Shown in pieces: positions 41,240-59,863 of a stretch of DNA of 64,000 bases. Each line of letters begins with the position of its first letter. Position 1 is the stretch's first letter. Source of the DNA: the human T2T-CHM13v2.0 reference genome, Homo sapiens. The DNA lies in the NCBI RefSeq assembly GCF_009914755.1, contig NC_060937.1; one strand, given 5' to 3'. The position numbers were made by a program, and so were the translations under genes. The notes under the pieces are model-generated. The model saw only the letters and a program-made list of their open reading frames with translations. It had not been told where the DNA came from and did no database searches.

Positions 41240-41420
41240 CTTCCCTAGCCCTTTACAACCTTGAGCCTTGGGCAAGTTATTTCCCTTCTAGGGTCTTAGT
41301 TTCCCCAACCATTAAAGAGGATAATAGTAGTTCCTACTTCATTGTAGTGTTGGGGAGATAAAACTAATCTCAGTGCCCTAAAGTGATTAGAACAGTACCA
41401 AGCCCATTGAAAATACTACA
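41240..41420 (+). mobile_element. MIR
   Basis: ccttgggcaagttatttcccttctagggtcttagtttcccc...ggataatagtag. Confidence 0.65.
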
Positions 41421-42125
41421 TGACAAAAGATGTGTCTCTCTCATCTTCTGCTTCTCTCTCCATCCCCCTCACTTTCTCTCTTTCTCTGTCTCCCCCTCCC
41501 TTTTTCTCTCCCTCCTTCCTCATCTGGAAAGTGATCTTTATCTTCACCATGTGGCATTTTGAAGATAGCTTTAAACAAGATGCAAAGGCAAAAGAAATAA
41601 CAAAAGTCATCTTGCCATTTCATGGGGTAAATCAGAGATGAGATGAAGTCATTCACTTCCTAAAATGAGTTTTTTCATTTTTTTAAAACAATCCACCTTT
41701 TTCTTTGGGTCTGCTGACCCATGATTACAGGGTCATATTGTGTTTTTTTTATTTTTGTTTGTTTTGTTTTTCATTTTGGTTTACCTGGCACTGAGCAATA
41801 AAATAATAAAATATATATATCTTTTCAATAATACCAGTATGCACAGAAGTAGGAAAAAAGGGCTCCCATTGCTTACTGAATTGCTCACTAATCACACTGT
41901 TTGAATTCAATGGGGAATTCCACAACACACCCGACTTTTCATTTATTTATTTTTTATTGGTTCTGGGAGAGGTTTGTGATTCATTCCATGTAGGTTGCAA
42001 GCCCTTGTACTACAGGAACAAATGGTCTCTGGGGCGATTTGGTTTATTAACTTTTAGGGCAAAGGAGGAGAAATAGAAGAATTGCTTAACTGCAATATGC
42101 TGGTGAAAAGTTTAGACTTTTGTAG

Positions 42126-42493
<368 letters not shown>

Positions 42494-44849
42494 CTGGTCC
42501 TGTTTCTTGATGATAGATGGACTGATTGTAGAGAAGGAGGCAGCGTGATGGAGTAGAAAGATACCTGGCCGAAAGACAGAGACTCAGGCCACGGTCACAG
42601 CTCTGCCACACATGCCCAGCCACATCACCAGGCTCCTCGTGTCCCTGGAACTCAGTGACCTTCTTCACACATGAAGAGGGTGAACTGGACACAGCCCCCT
42701 CTCAGTAAGGTTTTGTCATTTCAGGGATGATGATAAGTCATATCTTCCACATAAACTTTGTGAGGAAATAAAAGGAACTCTCCCATCCATAAAGAAATAA
42801 CAATCTTAATACAATAAGCATTTATTGTGCTGCCTGCCTGGTGTTGCATTTAACCCCCCAGTGAAGTAGGAACAGTCTCCCTGATAGCAGAGATGAATCC
42901 CAGAACTAACAAAGGTTAAGTAAGTTGCCCTAGGTCAGAGAGCCTGTGGCTGGTGGCAGCAAGCCTCAAGGCCTGACGCACATCTTATGATCATGCCTCT
43001 CTCCATGCTGTCTCTCTGGGGGAGCAGAAAGACCATCTAAGCTGTTAAGGATTCAAAGTAACTCAAGTGAAATGTGCAAGTTAATAAAGAGGAAGGAGCA
43101 ATGTGAATGCTTTTATAGCTTTGTGAAGGGTAATTCAGGATCACAGTGCCCATGTGGTAAGAACAGAGTTACTATGAGAGACTTAAAGAGAAGCTTAATT
43201 GGAGCAAAGAAAGAAAGAAAAAACTCTGAGATAGGACAAAAAATGCTTTGTCTCCATCACCTATGTTTTCTCCTTCATTATTCTCTTGTAAAATGGTGAA
43301 GCACGTGGAATTTAGTAAGTAAATAAGATACAGGGTAAGCATGTTGATGCTATTTGTGCAATTTAGGCACTTGGTGTACCAGATGGAGTGAGAGCAGATA
43401 CGAGGGCTACTGCTCCAGGAGCTGCTGTTTACATTTAATGAGTTGCTTTGGGTTGGTCCAAATTAATCCACTAGCTACGAAAACACGGTAGGAGGCACTA
43501 GAAACATACACAGAGTTCTTCTCTCAGAAAGATCTTTAAGAACTCTTTACCCCTTAAATTCTATGACTCATCTTTAAGGCAAGGAATGATAGGTTGATGT
43601 GAATTATTTGAACATTCCAAGCTACAAATGACATAAAAACTTATTCCTATGAAGAATCAACAATAAAAATTTAAATAAAGAGTTATGGTTGGTAGTATAT
43701 ACTTTGATGTCCATCACATTCATGATTTACAAGGCCTACTCTTCCTGGCTTATGATGTAACTAAACATCTCAAAGATATAATATAGCAATGAGATGATGC
43801 TTACATGAATATATTATGTTTTTATGAAATACAAGGCATCATTCTCCTAAAAAGAAGCCAATGTCGGAAAATGAATCCTGTAGATTCTAATTCCTGCACT
43901 GTGTGAGGACTACTGGTGAATTATTTTCCGCCACAATTTGCATTTTCTTCTGCAGTGTTATAGCAAAATAAGCCTCTTTGTTTGCACTGGTTTCAGAATT
44001 AATTTAGTTTGTATATTTGTTCTCTCCTCCTCTTCCTGGATTTGGTTTCAAAGTAAACAGTTGTTTTCATTAAATTCTCTTTTATTTGGCCTTAGTTCTT
44101 TGGTTACTGTCATTATTCTGGATGGCTGTCCCTGTTTTATTTTTGAATCTGATATCTGTACACTGTTTTAAATTGCATTAAATTGGTTCGCTTCCATTTT
44201 CTATTGTTTACCTCATTCTGGGTACTATGATTTCTGTAGCTACATCTGATTCCTGTCATGGTGTGATCTTTTTGTATGAACCTAAACACCATACAGGGTT
44301 GGCAGAATGAGAAAAAGAAAATCAACAATTTGATGTTTACTGAATGTGGACAAATTACAAGGAAGAAACAAAAATGACATTCATCACAGAGATTGTCTTG
44401 AAAGTTAATGACAAACTTAGAGTCTTGAAAAGCAGCAGGAACTACCTTGTTTGGTAAAGCCAAAAATATCAACATCTTTTTTTTTTTTTAGCTTAACCTA
44501 GAAATAACCTCTGACAGAAGCAAAAGCAGCCACACTTTTCAATTTCAAGCTAAAAGAACTAAAAAGTTATTTCTACCTAATAAAAAAGTACAATAAGATT
44601 CTGAATTCCCACAGAAACTCTTCATCTACATTATAACACATCAAAAGCCACCAAGGGGCCATTTATCCTGTAGACCAGTGCTAATAAAGTTTTGTGGGCA
44701 TTTGTGATGGTGTTCATGGCAGGAGAGTAGGGAGAGGGAGTTTTAGTGCAGAGGAGAAGGTAGCAAGTTAGTTTTTATAAACTTTCTGGAAGAAAATACA
44801 GAAAGATTTTTAAAAATTATTCCAATGATTCTTTTAACGAATGTTTAAT

Positions 44850-45240
44850 AACACCTCTTAGGATCCAAGTATTGTTCTAGAGTTTGGAAATACAGCAGTA
44901 ACCAAAACAAGCAAAATCCTTGCCTTTTTGAAAATTCCATGATATTTGGAAAAGAGGAACAATAACAAATATACATATAATAAGTCAGCAGATGATCATT
45001 GCTATGAAGAATCAAGCAATGGGAAGAGTGACTAGGAGTTGTAGGGTTGTTAGAGAAAGCTTTTCTGAGACAGGGCATTTAGGTTGAGACCTGAAGAAAA
45101 TAAGAGAATGAGTTACGTCTACATCTAGAGGGAGAATATTCCAGGAAGAAGGCCCTGGGACGGTAGAGTATCTGGACTATATTTAATGAGGCCAGTGAGT
45201 GAAAATATAAATGGTAATAGATTAGGTCATGGAGGTGAAC
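44850..45240 (-). mobile_element. L2 remnant
   Basis: gaaagcttttctgagacagggcatttaggttgagacctgaag...atattccaggaaga. Confidence 0.6.
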
Positions 45241-45289
45241 TTAGAAAGGAGAAGACCTGTGTTAAGTATGCACAAGACTGAGGGAATGT

Positions 45290-45890
45290 AAACAAATGAT
45301 TGGTAAATTTAACTATAAAAATTCAAAAATTTCTGCATAGCAAAATCCACCATGAATGAAGAGAAAAGATAAACAATAACTAAGGGAAAATATTGGTAAT
45401 TCATGAAACAAAAGGGCTGGTTTTCTTGATTTTTTTTAAAAAGAAACTTATTTATATCAAAATGAAAAAAAAATCCAACAGTAAAATAAATAGACAAAGA
45501 AGAGAAAGAGACAAAGCACTGGAAACAAATAGCTTTTAAACATATTAAAAGATGTCCAACCTTCCCTATAATAAGGGAAATTCAGGGTAGACCCACACTG
45601 AGATGCCAATTTCTTACTCTATCAGATGGACAAAGATCCAAACGTTTGATCTTAACATATCAACGTTTGAGACTTAAAGAATCAGATATTGTCATGTATT
45701 GCTGGTGAGAATATAAACAAGTACAGCCTTTATGAAGAGAATTTTTGCAAAACTATCAACATTTTATAAGCCCATATCTTTGACCCAGCAGTTTCACTTC
45801 TAAGACTTTATCCAACAGATTTATTTGTACATGGGTTGAATTATGTACAAGGGTATTCACTGCAGCATTATTTGTAATAGCAGAAAACCC
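45290..45890 (+). mobile_element. Old L1M (ME-type) ORF2 3' fragment
   Basis: tttgacccagcagtttcacttctaag...tattcactgcagcattatttgtaatagc. Confidence 0.7.
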
Positions 45891-46194
45891 TAGGACGTGT
45901 TGAGTAGTGAGAAATGAATGAGAAGCCAAGAGTGGAGTCTGATTATGAATCTCTTTGTAAACTTGAATCCTTAGAAGTTCTTGATCAGGTAGAATGATAA
46001 CAAGGCTGTGTTTAGAAAAATGTGTCTGACATTGGTTTCAGGATGGATTGTGTGTTGGGGAGAGCTCCAAGTTCAATGTCATTTAAAGAGTTCTGTTTGA
46101 GCTGAAAGGGGAGAATCCTTGTTTAGGGGGCAGAGGTGGCATTAGGCAAGGCTGGCGAGGTAGGTAGGGACCAGCGTATGAAGGGCCTTTCTCA

Positions 46195-49980
<3,786 letters not shown>

Positions 49981-50904
49981 CCAGAGATAATTTTTAAAAT
50001 CAGAAATAAAAATGTTTTAATGCTCCTAAAAGGGCTGGGACCTTCTGCCTGGGTAATTTCTAGTCCTAAATTGGCCCTCTTTCCGGGTCATTCAGATCCT
50101 GGCTTATGTACTCCTCAGTCCCCTCTAGCTGTGCTCTCTTTCCAGCCTCTCCTGAAACACATTCCAGCCCAAGATCTCACAAGCATTTTAATTCATCGAT
50201 TTGGGTGAAAGCAAAGGACATGTATATTCAGCGTGCCTGTCTCCAGCACTCCACAGGAGACAGCAGTGCCCCTAGTTACATTCATGCCATGGGCATTAAT
50301 CAGCCTATACATAAACACTGCAGCCATGTTTTTCTTTTTCTTTTTCTTTTAATGAATAACTGGGGGCCAATGAGTGCATTTATCACAGTGCTTTTTAAAT
50401 TGCTTGATTTTTTTAAATTCTTTTGTATGCTTCTCAGTGGGGAAAATATCTTGGTTAAGCTAAAATGTACATGCAGCAGATCGGTAAGAGTAGGTGAGCA
50501 TTGCTTCTAAAGAAAAGAGCAAAATTGGGTGCCATGGAATTCTGATACAACAATAAGGTAGATTGTGCTTACAGATTTCATTTTTCAAAGAGTTGATCAT
50601 TAAGGACAAATTTAGATGACTTAATGAGAACATTGAAATGACACATTATCATCTTAATTCAAATTTCCCCCAAAAGAAGGAAAGTTGTTTTTTATTTTTT
50701 TAATTTTAATATGCTTCATCTATGTCACTTCAAAAAGATTCTAAACTCCATGAAGGCAGCACCATGGACAGCTTCTGTGCCCCTACAAATTTATAGTGAC
50801 CCTCTTTGGCACATAACAAATAGTTATTAGATTAAGTTGAGCTTATTTGAATTGAGTTTTCAAGGTATTTTTCTACCTAGGAGAATCTTAAAAACATATC
50901 TTTT

Positions 50905-51136
50905 TGTAAATTTTTTAAATTTTACTTTAAGTTCCAAGACACATGTGCAGAATGTGCAGGTTTGTTATGTAGGTATACATGTGCCATGGTGGTTTGCTGC
51001 ACCTGTCAACCTGTCATCTAGGTTTTAAGCTCCACATGCATTACGTATTTGTCCTAATGCTCTCCCTCCCCTTCCCTCTCACTCCCCAACAGGCTCCGGT
51101 GTGTGTTGTTCTCCTCCCTGTGTCCATGTGTTCTCC
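50905..51136 (-). mobile_element. Short L1PA 3'UTR fragment
   Basis: acatgtgcagaatgtgcaggtttgttatgtaggtatacatgtgccatggtggtttgctgc. Confidence 0.88.
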
Positions 51137-51774
51137 CTGAATATCATATCATTTTTTTAAAATGAGTTTCTCTTCTTGCTTTCTCTAAAACACTTTGAAA
51201 ATCACTATCTTCTAGGTTAAAGTCAGTGGCATTCAGCAAAGCCATTTCTGATTTTATGTCTCTTTTTCTCAAGAAGCAAATTGCAAGTGTATGTATAATC
51301 ATATTGAGTCACACTTAATAATTATATTCTAGGGGAAGGTAAACATTCAGGATTCTCCTTACTGAAAACAGCAGTAAGATCATTTTTAATCCAATGCCAT
51401 CCAGACATAGCAGATAATGGCTAGCTCCCTGTGTCAAGAGACTTCACTCTTCATAAAGTCAATACTTAGACAAAAATCAGAATTGTTCCCTTCTTCCAAA
51501 CCTACTCTGAATCTCTCTCACATCCCAAGGGAGAAATGGTTCCTCACCTGAAGCTAGCTGGTGTGCCTTTGGTGTACCATAATGCCTTGTAGAAGTTAAA
51601 GCAAATTCTCTGTTCCCTTCTGGACAACACTTTATTTTTTCTTGACCATCCCAATGTTTGTAATCAGAGGGGACATCATAAATGCTAAATCTGTTAAATA
51701 TTAATTGGCTAGAATTCTGAACATTTAGGTCCTGTCAAACAAAAAGGGGAAATTATCTGAGTAGTTTATAAATA

Positions 51775-52690
51775 TTGTCATTTGGCTGTTCCAGTTTGCT
51801 CTTACCACAAAATAAATTATCCTCAAATTTAGCAGGTTAAAATAATAATCGTACTATTATAAATCATGGTACTGTGTGCATTAGTCCATTCTTGTGCTTC
51901 TGTAAAGAACTGCTTGAGACTGGGTAATTTATAAAGGAAAGAGGTTTAATTGACTCACAGTTCTGCATGGCTGGGGAAATGCAGAATCATTTCCCCAGGA
52001 AACTTACAATCATGGCAGAAGGGGAAGCAAACATGTCCTTCTTCACATGGCAACGTAAGGAGAAGTATGAGCAAAGGGGAGGAAAAGCCCCTTATAAAAC
52101 CATCAGATCTCATGAGAACTCACTCACTGTCATGAGAACAGCATGAGAACAGGATAACTGCCCCCATGATTCAATTATCTCCCACTAGGTCTCTCCCACA
52201 ACACATGGAGTTTATGGGAAGTACAATTCAAATGAGATTTGGGTGGGGACACAGCCAAACCATATCACTGTGGACCAGAAATTCAGGCAAGGCTCAACTA
52301 GTCGATTCTTCTGCTCCATGTGGTGCTGACTGGGTTCACCAAGTGGTAATCAGCTGGCAGATGGTCTGGTCTGGAAGGTTCAAGATGGCTTTGCTTATAT
52401 GTCTGGCACCTTGGCAAGGGTGGATGGAGATCTAGGCTCAACTGGGACTGTCATCTGGAATCCCTACACATGCCCTCTCCAACACTGTGATCTCAGAGTA
52501 GATTCTTGTAAGAGACAGAAAGTGGTCTCTTAAATACTAGCTCTGGAAACTGGCAGAATGTCACTTCAACCATATGCTGTTAGTCATAAGAGTCACTGAG
52601 CCAATCCAGATTCAGAGGACAGGACATAAACCCCACCTCTCCGTGAAAAGAGTGTCGAAGATATTGCAGTCATCTTTAATTGGCAAAGAT
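51775..52690 (-). mobile_element. Old MLT1 LTR split by a THE1 LTR
   Basis: MLT1-like sequence on both sides (ctcaaatttagcaggttaaa; tctggaaggttcaagatggc; ccagattcagagg). Confidence 0.65.
51877..52267 (-). mobile_element. THE1C/D solo LTR
   Basis: tgcattagtccatt...agccaaaccatatca; perfect TSD ctgtg at 51872-51876 and 52268-52272. Confidence 0.92.
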
Positions 52691-52939
52691 GCACATCATA
52701 AGAAAATAATGCAGCTTTGTATCTCTCACTAATGAACTCATCCATCAAAAGGCAGCTATTATCAAAAGATTAATTTAACATAAAAAAGATCACCAGCTTT
52801 GCATCTTAAAGTCATCCATGTGTCTTTTACTCCCTTATTCCTCATAGCAATTGCTGTCAATACTTCCACCAAAATATCTTACAAATTGGTCCTTTCCTTT
52901 CCCCTTACAGTACCTGGAGGTGGTGACTTATAAAAGCTA

Positions 52940-53180
52940 AGCTTTGTTATGAGCTAATTTTGTGCTAGACATTGTACTAAACAACTTTACAAGCACGATT
53001 TCATTTCATTGTGCCTACCACCACTGAGGTATATACTGTCATAATCTCCATTGCATAGATTAAGAAAATAGGACTTTGTGAACTACATGACTTATACATT
53101 AACTCCCAGCCATTTAGTGGAGGAGTTTAGATTGAAACCTGGGCACCTGACTCCACAGTCTTCATTCCTAACCAGAAACT
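52940..53180 (-). mobile_element. MIR
   Basis: tgtgctagacattgtactaaac...tttcatttcat...ggcacctgactccacagtc. Confidence 0.55.
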
Positions 53181-55962
53181 CCATGCTTACACAAGTAGAG
53201 GGCCTTGGCCCAGAGGCGTGGCTTTACCTGCATCCTGGCTCCTTGCCTTTGGTTGGGCACCTGTGGTGGAGCAGCTACATGCCCCCCACCAACCCTGTAC
53301 TAACACAGAGTCAGTGTCTCCCTGTGTGCCTCCACACCTCATGCAGAGGTATCAGTTATTTCTAATATATCTAAATTTTATTTTCCAAACAAAAATTACA
53401 TACTGCTTTAGGGAGGCAACAGTCTTCTTTAAGGAGAAACAAAACGAGCAACACAGGAGAGGTAAGCAGAAAGGATCTGCTGATCATTAGCTGACATACT
53501 GTAACTGTCCTGGTTTAATTGGCAAGAGAAAACAGCTCCAAGAGCAGAGTTAAAAATAATGTTCCCAATATTTCAAAATATAAGTGGCAGAGAGATAATT
53601 AAGACAGCCCAGGATGGCAGCCTCTGGAGTAAGTTATGCTATGTTGTGACTTCACTGGTTTCAGAGAAACTTACCAACTACTGCCTTGATGTCGCAAAGT
53701 TATTTTGTGTTTTCTTCACTTTGAGCTGAGAGAGAGGCTGAGGTGTCATGTCCTAAGGCATGGCTTTCCTTAGCCCCAAGGTGGGAAGGAAGTTCTCCTA
53801 AAACCCAGGGAGCTTGACTGATGACAGGCTTGCCCGGCAGGTGGGAACAAAACCAGCCAAGAATAGATGCACGTGGCTGCTCAGTGGGCCATGCAGACCC
53901 TCTGTCCGCCTGGGGCCTGGGGTCAAAGAAGAGCCACCATTCACTATGAGGCCTTTTCCAAGTCCCAGGGCCGACAGTTCTGACCTTCCACTGCTTTGTC
54001 ACCTCATCATGTTTGAACTTGGCCTCTGCAGGCAGTAGCTATGAACCTGACCTTTTACAGTGGCCTCAAAAAATATTGGAGGAGTTTTCTGAAAAGCTGC
54101 TTTTCCTTTCATGTCATGAATATTTAGAACAAAATGGGGAACTGGGGATGGGGGTTATTATATCATATGAATACATGTATGTTTTTTTTTTAATTTTTTT
54201 CTACTTTTAGACATCATGTTATTTGTGTAGATTTCTCTGGCCTTCTATCAGGTAGCTTTTTTTCAAACAATTTTGTCATCAGAAAAATATAAGCCCCAAA
54301 ACACACTATTTATGTCCTTTGTCAGTCTTCTTCCTATTCTTCACAAAAACCTATGTATCATTATAATCAGTGCATCCATGTTATTTTATCTAGATGTTTC
54401 ACACACAATTTTATCTGAGCTTTTCTAAGAATTTGAATAATTTGTGTGTTTTTTAGTAAAAGGAATACAGCGTTTCAATGTATTTGCATACATTCACACT
54501 ATTTAATGATTTATCAACAGGTATTTTGATTAATAAGAACTACTGAAATCAATCAGTATAATAGTCATTAGTGTTTTTATTGTGGATAATAAAAAAAAAA
54601 AAAACACATAACATGAAATCTACCCTCAGCAAATTTTTAAGTTTGCAAAAGATCTCACTAAGGATGATCCTGAAGTTTTGAGCCAGTGTATACTGGCTTT
54701 GGAGTCCTCAAAGGAGAATCTAATTTTATTTCATATTTTTATTTATATTGTGTTTTTAAAAAATTAGTAATGGCATAAACCAGATAAGAAACAACATAAA
54801 GCAGCATATTCTGACTGGTGATCTACATTAAAAGAAAAATAAATAGGTGCCTACTTATATCAAAAATGTATTATCTTGGTTTATATAACAAGGCAAATGA
54901 ATTGAGATAACGAATAGAAATACAGGAACCGGTAGTTTGGGCAAATGGAGCCGTTTAGTTTTATGTTTAATAGTGCTGGGTCATCAGTAGGATTGCCTTT
55001 TCCCAAGGCCAAGAAGACACCTGCTTAGGAGAGGGTTAACTTGAGCATTTTATTGTGGTTGGGGGAGATGAGTTTGAAGGCTTCAGAACCTACAAGCCTA
55101 GTACCATGGTCAGAGTTCAACGTGGAACAGAAACATTGAAATCACCAAAGGGAAACTTCCTCACTTTATGGTACAAATCAAACAGCTTCTCACCTTACCT
55201 ATAGAAGATAAGTTCTACTAGAGGAGAGAGTGTTTTAATTTCAACAAGAAGAGAACCTGCTAAGAGATGATTTCAACCCCATAACTTTAAACTGTGACTC
55301 TATGTTAAGTCCTTATGATCCAACCTTAAAACGTGTCCTTTTTCCCCCAGGCCACAGTAGCTTTCAGACTTTGAATATAGCTGATGTCTTCAACAGAAAA
55401 CTAAATCTTTCCAAGCAATACTGAGTTCATTTCAGTTCAGTGTAATTTCGTCAACTTTTTTGAGAGCTTATAATGTGATGGGTACCATAATAGGCCTTGA
55501 ATATACAGAACCAAATCAGAGAAGCTCCCCTGTCCCCCAAAAGATGTTAAAGTGCAAATGCTGAAAGGAATGCTGAGTAGTGTGATCACATCCAGACAGA
55601 TCTGTACATCTTGAGAGATCCAGAAATGCTTCACACAGGTAGATATGCTTCAACTGGGTCTTGACTTTTGTGCATCCAAATTCACAAATCAGCACTTCTT
55701 CCCTCATATTCTCAGTTTTCCCCAGACTCCAGAAGAAGATGGGTGAGACTTCCTTTTCTAAATGCAGCTGATCCCTGACCTAATACTGTTTTTACTTCAT
55801 GTGGAATCATTAGATATATTTAACATTCTGCATTTGGACTAATTTTCTTATTTTCAGCCCTGGTTCTAGACATATAAAATAATTTTGAATCTTCAAACAA
55901 AATACAATCGTCCTAAGATTCAGTCATCTATTTCATTTTGGACTATATGAAAGCAAATTTAA

Positions 55963-56262
<300 letters not shown>

Positions 56263-57729
56263 TAAAAACGAAGTAACTAGATATGTCGGCTGGGCTTATA
56301 AATTCTAATATGCTGTCAGCGAGCTTTTCCTGTTGAGCCACAAATTTGCTACTTCATTAAAAATGTCTAACAAAATGGCATTGAGAAGGAAAGCAATTTT
56401 TTAGCTTGCAACTACTCAATCACGAAGAAATTATGGGCTGCCAAAAGGTTTCAGAGAGCCCCAAGTATGTTGACTAATCCCTCACATTTGTGAGCAATTT
56501 GGGGGGAATTTTCTTTTTAATGTTTGAAATGTCTGCACACCCTCGCCCTGTTCTCTGTCTAGCAACTTCTAATTATATCTTCAGCTGTGCAGACCAGGCA
56601 CATGTTCTATATTTTCCATTGTAAATAATTAAACATCCCATCTGACTTCCTTTTAAGACTATGGTGTAACTTTCATTAACAAATCTTCAGGAGAAAATGC
56701 TCCTTTGTATGAAGTCAAGCACACATGAAAAGAAAAAAAGTAGCACATTTTCATAAATCATATGAGACAGAGCTCCTGGGTTTGCAGCTGTACAACACAA
56801 ATGCCAGGTGCACAATTTTTATTTGTCTCCACCCAGTTGAAGATAAACAGGACCCGCCTTAAGCAAAATTGAGAAGTTTGCAGTGGGTCTCCCGCCTCTT
56901 CCTTCATCAATCTTTCTCTCCCATAGTGATGACTGCACAATGCCCTTCTGTTCTCTTGACTAGTATCCCTTTCATGAAACACTAACCAAATCTATATCAG
57001 TCCTTTAAACCCAGTGACCGAGTGATTGCATTTTAATTGAAAGTCATTTACACTAAAATATGTCAGGCAAAGAGTTGCATGATTAGCTTTCTTTAATTTT
57101 TAAAATCCTTTGTGAAAGAGATTTCAAATGTAATCACAGAGGAGGGGACAGGTAGTAGGAAGACATTGCAGAGCAAGAAAAAGGAGCCATGGATTCCTAC
57201 TAGGTCTCCTTGGCTAAGCATGATTCAAACTAGGTTTGGGCTTTTCAGGGTGAACTGGTAGGATGAAGGAGAAGAAAGAATCTGGCCTGGGTCCCTTTTT
57301 CTCCATGGGAGATGGATGAGCTAGAGTTTCATAGGCCTTTTTGGGGGTTTTAATGAGCTCAGTGTAGCCTGTGTAAAGGAGGATGCTCCAAATTACCATC
57401 ACCTGTTGGGGAAATAGCACATTTGGGGTTTCCATGAAAGGCCATTTTCTTTCTTTCCTGTGGAAAAAATAGCAATCATCCATTCCTCTCAAATCTATGC
57501 CTAGAAACCAATTAATGTTATTTTGAAAGGCACGGTATCCCGTTGGTGCTCAAGTAATCAGGTGCTAAGATTGCTAATGTTAAAAACAGCTCTAGAGACT
57601 AGGACAGGAGGAACACATGGACAAAATTATCTGCAGTTTGAGACCATCACAACTTCTTAGAAGTAGGTGTCTGTTTCCATTGGTGCGTGTGCATACATTT
57701 TCCAAGTCAAGTATTCTTTTCTACCCTTT

Positions 57730-57940
57730 TCATTCCATTCATTCATTCATTCATCAAATATTTTTTGGGAATCCATGTGGCAGACATGGCTTTGTACTGG
57801 GGACAGGAGTGAATAAGGCACCATTCCAGCCCTCAGTAAGCTTACTTTCTAAAAGGAGAGACAAGACACTGAACAGATCAGCAATTATATAAATTAATTA
57901 ACATAACATAGCACCAGACAATAATAAGTAATAGGAAGAA
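57730..57940 (-). mobile_element. L2 3' remnant
   Basis: (CATT)n followed by caaatatt, the L2 tail in reverse. Confidence 0.6.
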
Positions 57941-58430
57941 GCTTCTCCTCCCCCAGGGCCTGGACATATTTGAACAGGAAGTTTCTATCACTTATTATAT
58001 ATTTTTTTCAAGGAACCTCAGTTTCTCTAAAAGCAACAGCTTCCTCACTGGTCTCCTGGCTTCCACTCTGGAACCCCCTCCAATTTATTCTTCATCCAGT
58101 AGCCAAAGTATTTCTACAACATCAATACGGTCATGCACCACACCCACCTCCCTCCATGTCCCCAGTCTCCCACTTTGCCTTTCAGTGGCTTCTTTTGTAC
58201 TTAGAATGGAATAAAACTCCTGCAAGCTCTTGCATTATCTGGCCCCTGCCTACCTTCTAACCTTGTTTAATACCACTGGTCCTTTTGTTTACTTGTTCAG
58301 CAACATGGTCTCTCTCTCTCAGCTCCTTGAGTATACTTGTAGCTCCTCTCTTCTGTAATGTTTTTCACTCTTCTTACCTTTCAGTATGTCCATCTTGCAA
58401 TTCTCCATCACAGAAATCTGTCACAGCATC

Positions 58431-58660
58431 TATTATATATATTTGTTATATATATATAACAAATATATATATAATATATATAATAAATATATATATATTT
58501 GTTATATATAATAAATATATATATATTTGTTATATATAACAAATATATATAATAAATATATATATTTGTTATATATATAACTAATATATATAACAAATAT
58601 ATATATATTTGTTATATATATAACAAATATATATATATTTGTTATATATATAACAAATAT
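58431..58660. repeat. Palindromic AT-rich tandem repeat (~30-bp unit)
   Basis: Unit taacaaatatatatatatttgttatatata repeated. Confidence 0.92.
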
Positions 58661-58697
58661 AGATAGATAGATAGATGATAGATAGATAGATAGATAA
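58661..58697. repeat. (GATA)n tetranucleotide STR
   Basis: Seen directly. Confidence 0.9.
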
Positions 58698-59618
58698 TAT
58701 ATATATGTATTTGTTTGGTGTTTGTTCCCTACAAGTCTTCTCCTGACTTCACTCACTAAAACTCCATGAGTGACTGGGATCCCAGCTGTGTAGCTAGAAC
58801 ACAGCCCAGCACTTGGCACATAGAAATTGTAGGCAGATGCTTGTTGAATACATAATGAAGAAAAAAAGGAAATGCACCAGTGAGTGAGCTGCAAACAACT
58901 GTTAAGAAATGGACCCATTTCAAGCAAAGAAACCATGCCTTCTCAAGTCCGACAGAGCTTAAAGGTAAAAAGAAAAAGAAAAAAAGAAACCACTTCTGTA
59001 ATAGTTACACTGTTTGTCCTCAACCAGTTTGTCTTGAGTCTGCTGCATGGCTGGTCATTTCACTCCTGCACCCTGCTTTCTTAGTGGAGTTACATTTCTT
59101 CACTTAAAACTAAAAGAGCTCCTTTTTTAGGAGAGTTGGCCTGTTCACACAGGGAGATGACTGGGAGGCCAGCTTCAAGTTTAAAAAATGTTATTTCTGA
59201 GAGCATAGTCTACATACATGGAATCCAATGTCTGAAATCACTCCCACAAAGTTTTGTAGTGTAACAAGTCAGGGTAACTAATGTCACTCACCGCCATACA
59301 AATCCATGGAATTTGTGGCACAGTGTGGAGGTTAGACAGTTAGATGTTCCTCCTTTACATTGCTACTGGTTCCCTATGTCCATCCAAACCTAGAAAAATA
59401 AATAAATCTTTAATAAAAGGAACACAGGACCAGATATCAGGGGACCTGGATTTTAGGTATGTCTAGTTTACTCACTGATATCACAAAGACAGATTTTAAG
59501 TTCTTAATATATACTAAGTGTTGAAATATCCCTTAGTGCTCCATCCTCATCTATAAAATAGCTAGATACAAAGAAGAAATAATACGGTTTTATGGAATAT
59601 CTTTGCAAATTAAAATGG

Positions 59619-59858
59619 CAGTTCTCAAGTTGGGGTTCATGGTGTTCTAGGGGCCCCCATGACCACTTTGAGTTGTCTGAGAAATCAAAACTATTCCTTA
59701 TGATAAAACAAACAGGATTTGCCTTTCCCCACTATGTTGATGTTTGTATTGATGGCACAAAAACAATGCTAGCAGTTTAGTATGAATCAAGTCAGTGGCA
59801 TAAAAACAGTTTTATTTAAGAGATATTTAATGAAGTAATAAAAATCATTAATTTAAAA
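59619..59858 (+). mobile_element. Charlie1-like hAT transposon fragment
   Basis: cagttctcaag...tcaaaactatt...atttgcctttccc...gatggcacaaaaacaatg...gaatcaagtcagtggca. Confidence 0.6.
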
Positions 59859-59863
59859 GAAGA

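Larger units (their letters stand above)
58030..58860 (+). mobile_element. L2 remnant interrupted by an AT-rich repeat
   Basis: ctcactggtctcctggcttccactc; ends cagcacttggcacatag...tgttgaata. Confidence 0.6.

Noticed and set aside
50106-50510. 134-aa ORF in unique sequence
   Set aside because: No recognisable homology or splice/promoter support; length is compatible with chance.
58285-58936. Ile/Tyr-rich ORFs up to 144 aa
   Set aside because: Artefacts of the AT-rich repeat.
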